Virus record (IMG/VR): IMGVR_UViG_3300046010_004318
Span: 1 to 37,670 of that record
Strand: one strand, 5' to 3'
DNA: 37,670 nt
Origin: a virus
Taxonomy: Duplodnaviria; Caudoviricetes
In this document: positions 1 through 6,344 of the stretch, in pieces
How positions within the stretch are numbered: position 1 is the first letter of the stretch
How the letters are laid out: each line of letters begins with the position of its first letter
Position numbers and translations under genes: made by a program
The notes under the pieces: model-generated
The model's database searches: none
The model's input: only the letters and a program-made list of their open reading frames with translations
Told to the model about the DNA's origin: nothing

Positions 1-151
1 GCGCCGCCGTGACGATAGAGCGTTCGTCCGCATAAGGCGCATGGATTTTCATTATGAGGGTGCCGTCGCGCCTGTGCAGCGACAGCCCCTCCCCGGTGCG
101 CCAGCGGGTTGTGACCCCGCCAGGCTCGGTGTCGAGATCAAGCCGGAGCAT
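1..151 (-). CDS. 5' part of a hypothetical early protein, truncated by the window edge; same gene as 37116-37364
   Basis: ATG at 151 gives MLRLDLDTEPGGVTTRWRTG..., matching ORF 37116..37364. Confidence 0.7.
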   Translation of the reverse strand, partial: MLRLDLDTEPGGVTTRWRTGEGLSLHRRDGTLIMKIHAPYADERSIVTAA

Positions 152-281
152 GGCCGCGTTTCTCCAGCTCGTTTTGGATGATCTTGGCGCGGTAATCGTC
201 CTGCTCTGTTTCTAGCAGGATGTTAAGCGCCTCGTCAGATAGCCAGTGTAAGAGCTGCGAAAACTCAAAATAATCCTTCAT
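138..281 (-). CDS. Small hypothetical early protein (MKDYFEFSQLLHWLSDEAL..., 47 aa; alternative start at 290)
   Basis: ATGA overlap with the MTase stop. The second allele (37351-37503) differs by about 15 synonymous codons and only 2 amino acids, which supports a real gene. Confidence 0.85.
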   Translation of the reverse strand: MKDYFEFSQLLHWLSDEALNILLETEQDDYRAKIIQNELEKRGHAPA

Positions 282-826
282 TTTCCCCATTGTGCCGCCA
301 TCGCCTCCGCGATGCCTCCATAAGTCCGAGAGCGTTCTTTCCATCTGTCCGGGCCGGGCGGCATGCGATGAACGCGCGCCGTGCGGCCTTCCACTATGTC
401 CGTTGGCGTGAGGGGCGGGAGCCCTCGCAGCCATAGGCAAGTGGCCTTCGTCTCGCCGTGGCCGAATTGCCAAGGCTGTATGATTTGATCCGGCTTCCTT
501 ATCTTGCTGCTGATAATCGAAACGGGGTTTTCCAGCGCGATGCGCGGGATTGGCGCGTCGAGCAACAGCCGCACGAAGTCGAGCGCCTCCGCTTGTTCAT
601 CTCTTTTATCCTTGAACCAGCGCGCACCGGACACGGCGAGGTGCGTGCAGGGCGGGTGCGCTATCATGAGATCCCAGCCATCGGTCAGAATCATCGACAC
701 GTCGCCTTGATGGTGCGGCCCAGGCGTTTCGGATGGTAACAGGTCGCATGACACGGCATAATGGCCGCGCCGTGTGAAGGCGTCCCGCACTGTCCCGCTA
801 AACTCGCAGGCGATTAGCACTCGCAT
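278..826 (-). CDS. Short phage DNA (cytosine-5) methyltransferase-like protein
   Basis: N-terminal SAM-binding-like LIACEFSG, catalytic HPPC (motif IV) and ENP (motif VI); 182 aa; TAATG-coupled to the upstream gene. Confidence 0.75.
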   Translation of the reverse strand: MRVLIACEFSGTVRDAFTRRGHYAVSCDLLPSETPGPHHQGDVSMILTDGWDLMIAHPPCTHLAVSGARWFKDKRDEQAEALDFVRLLLDAPIPRIALENPVSIISSKIRKPDQIIQPWQFGHGETKATCLWLRGLPPLTPTDIVEGRTARVHRMPPGPDRWKERSRTYGGIAEAMAAQWGK

Positions 827-921
827 TATAAGCCCCCCAGTAGATATGTTACGAATAGGGCGAGCGCGGGTATCGCCAGCGCTGCCCCTAGTGCTGCGGC
901 GATTAGGTCAATCTTGTTCAT
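826..921 (-). CDS. 31-aa hydrophobic membrane peptide (MNKIDLIAAALGAALAIPALALFVTYLLGGL)
   Basis: Translated manually. Overlaps the upstream gene end, is TAATG-coupled downstream, and is conserved in the second allele 37503-37598. Confidence 0.7.
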   Translation of the reverse strand: MNKIDLIAAALGAALAIPALALFVTYLLGGL

Positions 922-1177
922 AGTCCTCTATACACTTTTCCGCGACATGGTCGCTGGTTTCGAGTTGCACGACGATTAGGGCATAGAGCGGGTGCGCGCG
1001 GTCTAGCGGGGCGTCTAGTGTTATGCTTTCCACTTCTATGTCATATGGGCCGCCCCTATACCCTACTTCGCGGTCCGGCCCTTCCCAGCCATAGCTGATG
1101 ACCGCCTCCCCGTAGCAATAGACGGCAAGGTCCGGCCAAGGTTTCAGTTCGTCGAAATAATAGGTAAACTGGTTCAT
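908..1177 (-). CDS. Hypothetical acidic early protein
   Basis: ORF track 908..1204; the ATG at 1177 overlaps the upstream stop (ATGA). Confidence 0.7.
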   Translation of the reverse strand: MNQFTYYFDELKPWPDLAVYCYGEAVISYGWEGPDREVGYRGGPYDIEVESITLDAPLDRAHPLYALIVVQLETSDHVAEKCIEDYEQD

Positions 1178-1338
1178 TGTTCGCCGCTCCACTTTTCTGT
1201 CCAATACGCCTCAGCCGCATTCGTGTGGGCGTCCTGTAGGGTCTTAAACGCGAAGTCTAAGACGGGTGAGCGCTCCACTGTGGAGAGGTGGTCTAATAGC
1301 GCTTCAAGCGCCTGTATCTCTATTTGTATCTCTAACAT
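1174..1338 (-). CDS. Hypothetical 54-aa early protein (MLEIQIEIQALEALLDHL...)
   Basis: Translated manually; GAGGGG RBS; fills the gap in the operon with ATGA coupling. Confidence 0.65.
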   Translation of the reverse strand: MLEIQIEIQALEALLDHLSTVERSPVLDFAFKTLQDAHTNAAEAYWTEKWSGEQ

Positions 1339-1340
1339 TG

Positions 1341-1553
1341 TTAGCCCCTCGAATAGTGGACTGGCCGCTCGTATCGCCCGTTTTCGTCGCGGTATATTGA
1401 AACCCAGTGACCCCAGCGGGTGCCATCATCCCAGTGATATTGGCGCGTCTCGCCGCGCGCTATTGGCGGCCAAGTGCATTGCCAAGAGTCGATTAGGCTC
1501 TCGGCTTCTAGCGCCGCATTTAATGTCGGAAAATAGTTAGTGCGCGAGATCAT
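1341..1553 (-). CDS. Hypothetical early protein (MISRTNYFPTLNAALE...)
   Basis: C-terminal part of ORF 1341..1646; GGGGAA upstream of the ATG at 1553 (alternative start 1565). Confidence 0.65.
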   Translation of the reverse strand: MISRTNYFPTLNAALEAESLIDSWQCTWPPIARGETRQYHWDDGTRWGHWVSIYRDENGRYERPVHYSRG

Positions 1554-1692
1554 GCGTTTCCCCATAAGATTGCAACAATTCGAGCCGCTCAATTTTGCAT
1601 TGTATGGCGAAAGCCAAAATGACGTTTTGATCCCATAATGCGTCATTTAGCGCGCGGCGCAGTTGGGTTAATTCAAGCTCAATGCTTCTCAT
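1537..1692 (-). CDS. Hypothetical 51-aa early protein (MRSIELELTQLRRALNDALW...)
   Basis: Translated manually; ATGA overlap with the stop of 1689..2168; GAGGG RBS. Confidence 0.6.
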   Translation of the reverse strand: MRSIELELTQLRRALNDALWDQNVILAFAIQCKIERLELLQSYGETHDLAH

Positions 1693-2168
1693 AACGTAGC
1701 CCTCAAAAACTGACGCGCGATTTGTTCGGCATTGTCCAGCGACGCAATAGACGCGGCGAGCGATAGAGACAGGCCGAACCGCGCAAGGAAGGCCGTCAGC
1801 TCGTCCGGCGGCACTTTGGTGATGATAGCGGCGGCTTGCTCTAGTTTTGCTTTGGGAACGCGCTTGCGCGGGATAGCGGCTACAGGTTCGGGCTTGTCTT
1901 GCTTAGGCCACGTATAGTGCGGCAGCTCGCCGCTATCGTCGCGGATTGCTTCGGCCAAGATAACCGGCACCAGCTTTTTGTTATAGACGCCGAATCGCGC
2001 TTCATAGGCTTTCTGTTCTTTACTTTTATACCACGGCGCGCTGCCGCCCTGCACGCGAATACCGCCCGCGCCTTGCGAGAACACATTGCGATGCTTGGCG
2101 TGGATCAGCTTGCCGTTCCAATGCTCCTCGCACCATGCTTTAATGTCTGCTGCATTTTCCATTGTCAT
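1689..2168 (-). CDS. Hypothetical early protein
   Basis: 159-aa ORF with AAGGAG RBS. Confidence 0.75.
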   Translation of the reverse strand: MTMENAADIKAWCEEHWNGKLIHAKHRNVFSQGAGGIRVQGGSAPWYKSKEQKAYEARFGVYNKKLVPVILAEAIRDDSGELPHYTWPKQDKPEPVAAIPRKRVPKAKLEQAAAIITKVPPDELTAFLARFGLSLSLAASIASLDNAEQIARQFLRATL

Positions 2169-2175
2169 TACTCCT

Positions 2176-2184
2176 TGTGGATAT
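2176..2184 (-). promoter_or_regulatory. DnaA-box-like 9-mer (ATATCCACA) abutting an RBS
   Basis: 8/9 match to TTATCCACA; part of the 14-mer TAACATATCCACAA repeated at 2799-2812. Confidence 0.45.
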
Positions 2185-2189
2185 GTTAC

Positions 2190-2219
2190 AAAAGAAGCGG
2201 CGCCATTGTCTAGCGCCGC
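2190..2219 (-). terminator. Intrinsic terminator after ORF 2226-2495
   Basis: GCGGCGC-9 nt loop-GCGCCGC followed by TTCTTTT on the - strand. Confidence 0.7.
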
Positions 2220-2225
2220 CTGTTA

Positions 2226-2495
2226 TTATGCTGCTTCTTCGTTCTGGCCGATAAGCATGTCGGCAATCTCGCGGTAATTCACTCCATCAAGAAACGCCAT
2301 CGCATAGTCGCGCGCCAATCCTTCCGGGGCGGTCTGCTCGATGATCTCTTCTGCATAGTCGCGCAAGACAGACGCAAGTTCCCATCTGTCCATGCCGCGC
2401 CATCCCATATCTTCCGGCGACATGCCGTCGAATATTTCAAGATTGACGCGCCACGTGGCGTAGTTTGTCCAGCCGTTGTATGTATTGTCAGTCAT
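2226..2495 (-). CDS. Conserved phage early protein (YNGWTNYATW family)
   Basis: GGAG RBS before the ATG at 2495; N-terminal YNGWxNYxTW motif that I recognise from small phage proteins. Confidence 0.75.
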   Translation of the reverse strand: MTDNTYNGWTNYATWRVNLEIFDGMSPEDMGWRGMDRWELASVLRDYAEEIIEQTAPEGLARDYAMAFLDGVNYREIADMLIGQNEEAA

Positions 2496-2496
2496 C

Positions 2497-2784
2497 TTAG
2501 TCTCCAAAGTGTTCAGACACAAAAAGCACGGTCGCGCTGTTATAAGGTCGAAACTCTATCACCTCGCCAAGCTCGACTGTCTTGCCGCGCGTGCCCGTCA
2601 GACCTACCGCCGCTTTTGCTTTCTTCATTAGCTCGCGCTGATAGATCTTGTTCGCCTTGCTGTAGTTAGTCGCGCCATCATAGCCATAGTGCGTGAGCTC
2701 CGGCATTGTGATTGTCGCGCGGCGAGCCCATGAGTAGTTGGCGTCGCCGCCGAATGTGTCAGTGTATTCTATCTGGTATTTCAT
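2497..2784 (-). CDS. Hypothetical early protein (first gene of the leftward operon)
   Basis: 95-aa ORF with GGGAG RBS; YTDTFGGDANYSW motif. Confidence 0.75.
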   Translation of the reverse strand: MKYQIEYTDTFGGDANYSWARRATITMPELTHYGYDGATNYSKANKIYQRELMKKAKAAVGLTGTRGKTVELGEVIEFRPYNSATVLFVSEHFGD

Positions 2785-2799
2785 CTTCGTTTCTCCCTT

Positions 2800-2857
2800 T
2801 GTGGATATGTTATCTGGTCATGATTTGTGGATAGCGTCAACAACTTTTTTATGTCTA
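2800..2857 (-). promoter_or_regulatory. Leftward early promoter with two DnaA-box-like 9-mers
   Basis: CATAAAAAAGTTG-TTGACG (-35 at 2840-2835); TGTGGATAT at 2800-2808 and TGTGGATAG at 2826-2834. Confidence 0.6.
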
Positions 2858-3136
2858 CAATTAAATAGTTTTCGATTGTCGCGGATTGTTTTCGGCAATG
2901 GCGGGTTAAAGCGAGGCGCGACAAGGGAAATGTCGAATAGTCAAATGTTCAGATATACGGAATTTTAATAGTAAATGTATACATAATAGAATGTTTGGTG
3001 GAAAAGTAATGGCGAACCAAAAACGCCACTGCAATCCGACTATCCGACATTTTTTGCCCCGCCCCGCCCCACGCCGCTGCATCCAGGCGCAAGCCAGGCG
3101 CAAAACGCAAACGCGACCCTCTCGCGTCATGGCGAT

Positions 3137-3217
3137 TTGACATTTTAATTGTAAACAAAAAATAATCGCGCCACACGCAAAAAAGTATTTGACAAGCGCA
3201 AAAGGATTTGTTACGTT
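3137..3217 (+). promoter_or_regulatory. Tandem rightward sigma70-type promoters
   Basis: TTGACA(3137)-N18-AATAAT, and TTGACA(3189)-N17-TACGTT with extended -10 TG and an upstream A-tract. Confidence 0.65.
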
Positions 3218-3244
3218 AGAAACATAAGAAGAGAGGAACACAAC

Positions 3245-3337
3245 ATGAAATATATTCACTTCGCTTTAGACGCTGGCATGGCTCTTGGATTCACCGCTTT
3301 TATCATCGGCAACATCATCGAGCTGATGACCTTCTAA
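3245..3337 (+). CDS. 30-aa hydrophobic peptide (MKYIHFALDAGMALGFTAFIIGNIIELMTF)
   Basis: GAGGA RBS, dedicated promoter upstream and hairpin downstream; too short for the ORF track. Confidence 0.6.
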   Translation: MKYIHFALDAGMALGFTAFIIGNIIELMTF

Positions 3338-3366
3338 AAAGAAAAGCGCCGCAATCCAAGCGGCGC
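3336..3366 (-). terminator. Intrinsic terminator, strong in the - orientation and possibly bidirectional
   Basis: GCGCCGC-AATCCAA-GCGGCGC preceded by AAAAAGAAAA on the + strand. Confidence 0.65.
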
Positions 3367-3381
3367 GCATTCTTCCAAGGA

Positions 3382-3427
3382 AATGTAAACAGGCTGGCAA
3401 TGTAAACAGGCTGGCAATGTAAACAGG
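3382..3427. repeat. Perfect 17-bp tandem repeat, 2.7 copies
   Basis: AATGTAAACAGGCTGGC at 3382 and 3399, partial copy at 3416. Confidence 0.95.
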
Positions 3428-3516
3428 GTGGGGAGCTGGGCCTTGGGATCTCCTTTAAGAAATACGAAGGATCTGCACGAACTTTTTTATTTTTTATTTT
3501 CGTGCTAAAAGACTTT

Positions 3517-4035
3517 ATGACGTTCGAATCTCTTCCCTATGAGCCGCGCAAAATCGAAGCGACTGAGGCGGTGCTTGAGCGCATCTACTTAGCCGCGCGC
3601 AAAGGTCTGAAAGGCGACACGCTCGCCTACGCCGCTGGCATGACCCCACAAGAGTATCGCAGACTGATACAATTCGACCCTATTGCGGAGTATGCTGAAC
3701 AGAAGGGCCGCGCCGAGGGTGAAGCCGAAATGTCCGAGGTGCTGCACAACGCCGCCCGCAGCGGCGACACCAAGGCGGCGCTGGACATCCTCAAGCATGT
3801 GCACAAGTGGACAGCGCCGCAGTCGGTGCAGGTGCAGGTCGAGCAGCGCATATCTATTATAGCGGCGCTAGAAGAGGCGCAGCAGCGCGTGATCCAAGGA
3901 GAGATATTAGATGCAAGCGCCATACGGGGTGATCTTCCAGAACCCGAACAAGGTATTCGTGGGGATGCCGCATGGGCGCAAACCGCCGCTGTCGAAGGAT
4001 CTGATAGACAAGATCAATCTGATCGCTCGCGCTGA
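3517..4035 (+). CDS. terS: Terminase small subunit (putative)
   Basis: First gene of the structural operon, upstream of terL; N-terminal HTH-like segment and helical core; C-terminus overlaps the next gene by 125 nt. Confidence 0.7.
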   Translation: MTFESLPYEPRKIEATEAVLERIYLAARKGLKGDTLAYAAGMTPQEYRRLIQFDPIAEYAEQKGRAEGEAEMSEVLHNAARSGDTKAALDILKHVHKWTAPQSVQVQVEQRISIIAALEEAQQRVIQGEILDASAIRGDLPEPEQGIRGDAAWAQTAAVEGSDRQDQSDRSR

Positions 4036-4552
4036 CGGGGCGTGGTATGAGGGTGACGGCGGGGACAAAGAATATTTTGATGTTCCCTATAAAGGGTCAT
4101 GGGATGACAAGTTCGCCAAGTCCGTAAAGGGCTACCCGGTCGAGTTCTTGTTTGTGCTGTTCTCAAATGTCAAAGAGAACCGCATAGCGCCGCGCATAAC
4201 GGACAGCAGCAAGACGATCTTTCAGTCTATTCTCGACAGCGACGTAAACTACTTCAAAGACCGCGACTATGACGATGAGACGCTGACAGAGTTCTTGTCT
4301 GAGATGGGTATTCTGAATCAGTCAAAGAAACCGGCGACTGAGCGCAACGTAACGGCGTTCCTGTCTGAAGGCGAAGACAAAATGTGGAGCGGCAAGGAGC
4401 CGCACAAGTTCGCCAAAAGCGCCGAACGCTGGCGCAACAAGTTCTTATTGGCCCAGCCGGATGGGGCGTATTTTATGGGGGCGGGACATTTGCCGGAGAT
4501 CCTGCGCATGTATCCATCGCTTCACATGATCGGCGGCGGAAAGGCTGAATAA
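3911..4552 (+). CDS. TraB/GumN/Tiki (EreA/ChaN-like) superfamily-like protein
   Basis: Motif order FVGMPH...WYEG...ERWRN...FMGAGHL parallels the TraB/Tiki motifs GxxH, E, RN and GAGHL; TAATG-coupled to terL. Confidence 0.5.
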   Translation: MQAPYGVIFQNPNKVFVGMPHGRKPPLSKDLIDKINLIARADGAWYEGDGGDKEYFDVPYKGSWDDKFAKSVKGYPVEFLFVLFSNVKENRIAPRITDSSKTIFQSILDSDVNYFKDRDYDDETLTEFLSEMGILNQSKKPATERNVTAFLSEGEDKMWSGKEPHKFAKSAERWRNKFLLAQPDGAYFMGAGHLPEILRMYPSLHMIGGGKAE

Positions 4553-6081
4553 TGCAAGTTCCGATTTATAGCGCGGACGAAGAACAGAAGCTGATGGCGA
4601 CGCTGTGGTCGGCGCAGGTGAAGAACGATCCGGTCGCGTTCGTGAGGATGGCGTTCCCGTGGGGTAAGGCCGGCACGCCGCTGGAGGGCTTCACAGGCCC
4701 GCGTCAGTGGCAGTTGCAGGTGCTGATGGACCTGCGGGATCACATCCGTGAGAACAATGGCCGTATAGACTATGAGACGTTCCGCATGGCCACCTCATCG
4801 GGGCGCGGTATCGGCAAGTCGGCCCTCGTTAGCTGGCTTGTGATCTGGATGCTGACCACGCGCATAGGCTCGACGACCATCGTGTCGGCTAACTCAGAGG
4901 CGCAGCTCCGCAGCGTCACTTGGGCTGAGATCACCAAGTGGCTGTCCATGAGCCTCAACACCCACTGGTTCGAGGTGTCCGCGACGCGAGTGCTACCGGC
5001 CAAGTGGATCGCGGAGCTGGTGGAGCGGGATCTGAAGTTAGGCACACGCTACTGGGGCGTGGAGGGGCGGCTGTGGTCGGCTGAGAACCCGGACAGCTAC
5101 GCGGGCGTGCACAACTTCGCGGGCGTCATGCTCGTGTTCGACGAGGCCAGTGGTATTGACGACAGTATATGGAGCGTGGCCAGTGGCTTCTTTACAGAGA
5201 ACACTCCTAATCGTTTTTGGCTTGCTTTCAGCAACCCCCGCCGCAACAGCGGATATTTCTACGAGTGCTTCAACAGTAAACGCGAGTTCTGGCGAACAAA
5301 GGTTGTTGACGCCAGAAGCGTGGAGGGAACTGATAAGGCAGTCTATCAGCAAATTATCGACGAATACGGACCTGACTCAAGCCAAGCCCACGTCGAGGTC
5401 TACGGAGCGTTCCCCAACGCATCGGATGACCAGTTCATACCGTCATCGCTGGTCATGGACGCGCAGACACGGCCACCACAGAAGGACCAGACAGCGCCGA
5501 TAATCGTGGGCGTGGACCCGGCGCGGTTTGGGGCGGACGCTACGGTCATCGCTATCCGGCAGGGCCGCGACATCATCGGCATCCGACGCTACCGCGGTGA
5601 CGACACGATGGAGGTGGTGGGCAGGGTCATCGACATCATAGAAGAGTTCAGGCCAGCGATGGTCGTGATCGACGAGGGCGGCCTAGGCGCGGGCGTGGTC
5701 GACCGGCTGAAGGAGCAACGGTATAAGATCAGGGGCGTAAACTTTGGGCAACGGTCAAATCGTCCAATCATGTTCGGAAACAAGCGGGCTGAGATGTGGC
5801 ACGCCATGCGGGAGTGGCTCAAGACAGCCTCCATCCCCAACGACCGGTTCCTCAAGAGCGACCTGACCGGGCCGATGATGAAGCCGGACTCGAAGGGGAC
5901 TATATTCCTAGAGAGCAAGAAGGACATGAAGGCGAGGGGACTGGCCAGTCCCGACGCCGCCGACGCTATCGCCGTGACGTTCGCGTATCCGGTCGCGCAC
6001 AGGGAGGCGAGGCCAGTGGACAATCGACCGCGCATGACCTATGGTGGCAACGCAGCCTCTTCAGGATGGATGGGTCACTAA
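4552..6081 (+). CDS. terL: Terminase large subunit
   Basis: Walker A SGRGIGKS, Walker B LVFDEA, motif III SNP, RNase H-like GVDPA and SPDAADA. Confidence 0.95.
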   Translation: MQVPIYSADEEQKLMATLWSAQVKNDPVAFVRMAFPWGKAGTPLEGFTGPRQWQLQVLMDLRDHIRENNGRIDYETFRMATSSGRGIGKSALVSWLVIWMLTTRIGSTTIVSANSEAQLRSVTWAEITKWLSMSLNTHWFEVSATRVLPAKWIAELVERDLKLGTRYWGVEGRLWSAENPDSYAGVHNFAGVMLVFDEASGIDDSIWSVASGFFTENTPNRFWLAFSNPRRNSGYFYECFNSKREFWRTKVVDARSVEGTDKAVYQQIIDEYGPDSSQAHVEVYGAFPNASDDQFIPSSLVMDAQTRPPQKDQTAPIIVGVDPARFGADATVIAIRQGRDIIGIRRYRGDDTMEVVGRVIDIIEEFRPAMVVIDEGGLGAGVVDRLKEQRYKIRGVNFGQRSNRPIMFGNKRAEMWHAMREWLKTASIPNDRFLKSDLTGPMMKPDSKGTIFLESKKDMKARGLASPDAADAIAVTFAYPVAHREARPVDNRPRMTYGGNAASSGWMGH

Positions 6082-6344
6082 TGGCGAAGAAGTCCGTATC
6101 GCTATCCGTTGGTCGCGGCGAGAAGCTGTCGACTAAGGCGGGCGCTGGGCTGACGGCCAAGGGCAGAGCCAAATATAATGCTGCGACGGGCAGCAAGCTG
6201 AAGCCGCCGGCTCCCAACCCTAAGACGAAGGCGGACGAGGGGCGTAAAAAGTCGTTCTGCGCGCGCATGGGCGGCGTGGTCGCTAAGTCGAAGAACGCGG
6301 AGCGGGCGAAGGCGTCAATGAAGAGGTGGAACTGTGGCAAGTAA
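6081..6344 (+). CDS. Small basic phage protein (DUF6321-like)
   Basis: ATG overlaps the terL stop; RKKSFCARM...KRWNC motif; K/R-rich. Confidence 0.75.
   Translation: MAKKSVSLSVGRGEKLSTKAGAGLTAKGRAKYNAATGSKLKPPAPNPKTKADEGRKKSFCARMGGVVAKSKNAERAKASMKRWNCGK

Larger units (their letters stand above)
1..993. repeat. Terminal duplication, allele A (methyltransferase-containing); homologous to 37214-37670
   Basis: 1-109 is identical to 37214-37322 and 896-993 is identical to 37573-37670. The sequence between is diverged and 536 nt longer in this copy. Confidence 0.95.

Noticed and set aside
291-473. N-terminal extension of ORF 138..473
   Set aside because: Overlaps the MTase and is absent from allele B, which starts at the equivalent of 281-290
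1668-1682. TTAA-N7-TCAA resembling a CtrA box
   Set aside because: Imperfect single match inside a coding region; I saw no perfect TTAA-N7-TTAA at the promoters
2906-3259. Minus-strand ORFs 2906..3259 and 2949..3176 in the control region
   Set aside because: No convincing RBS, atypical composition, and they run across promoter and repeat elements
3382-3427. Possible mini-CRISPR array
   Set aside because: The repeats are directly adjacent with no spacers, and there is no cas operon
3911-4552. Homing endonuclease or intron in the terminase region
   Set aside because: No HNH, GIY-YIG or LAGLIDADG motifs; terL is intact and uninterrupted
5796-6080. N-terminal extension of the 182-aa ORF 5796..6344
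   Set aside because: Lies within terL; the ATG at 6081 coupled to the terL stop is the more plausible start
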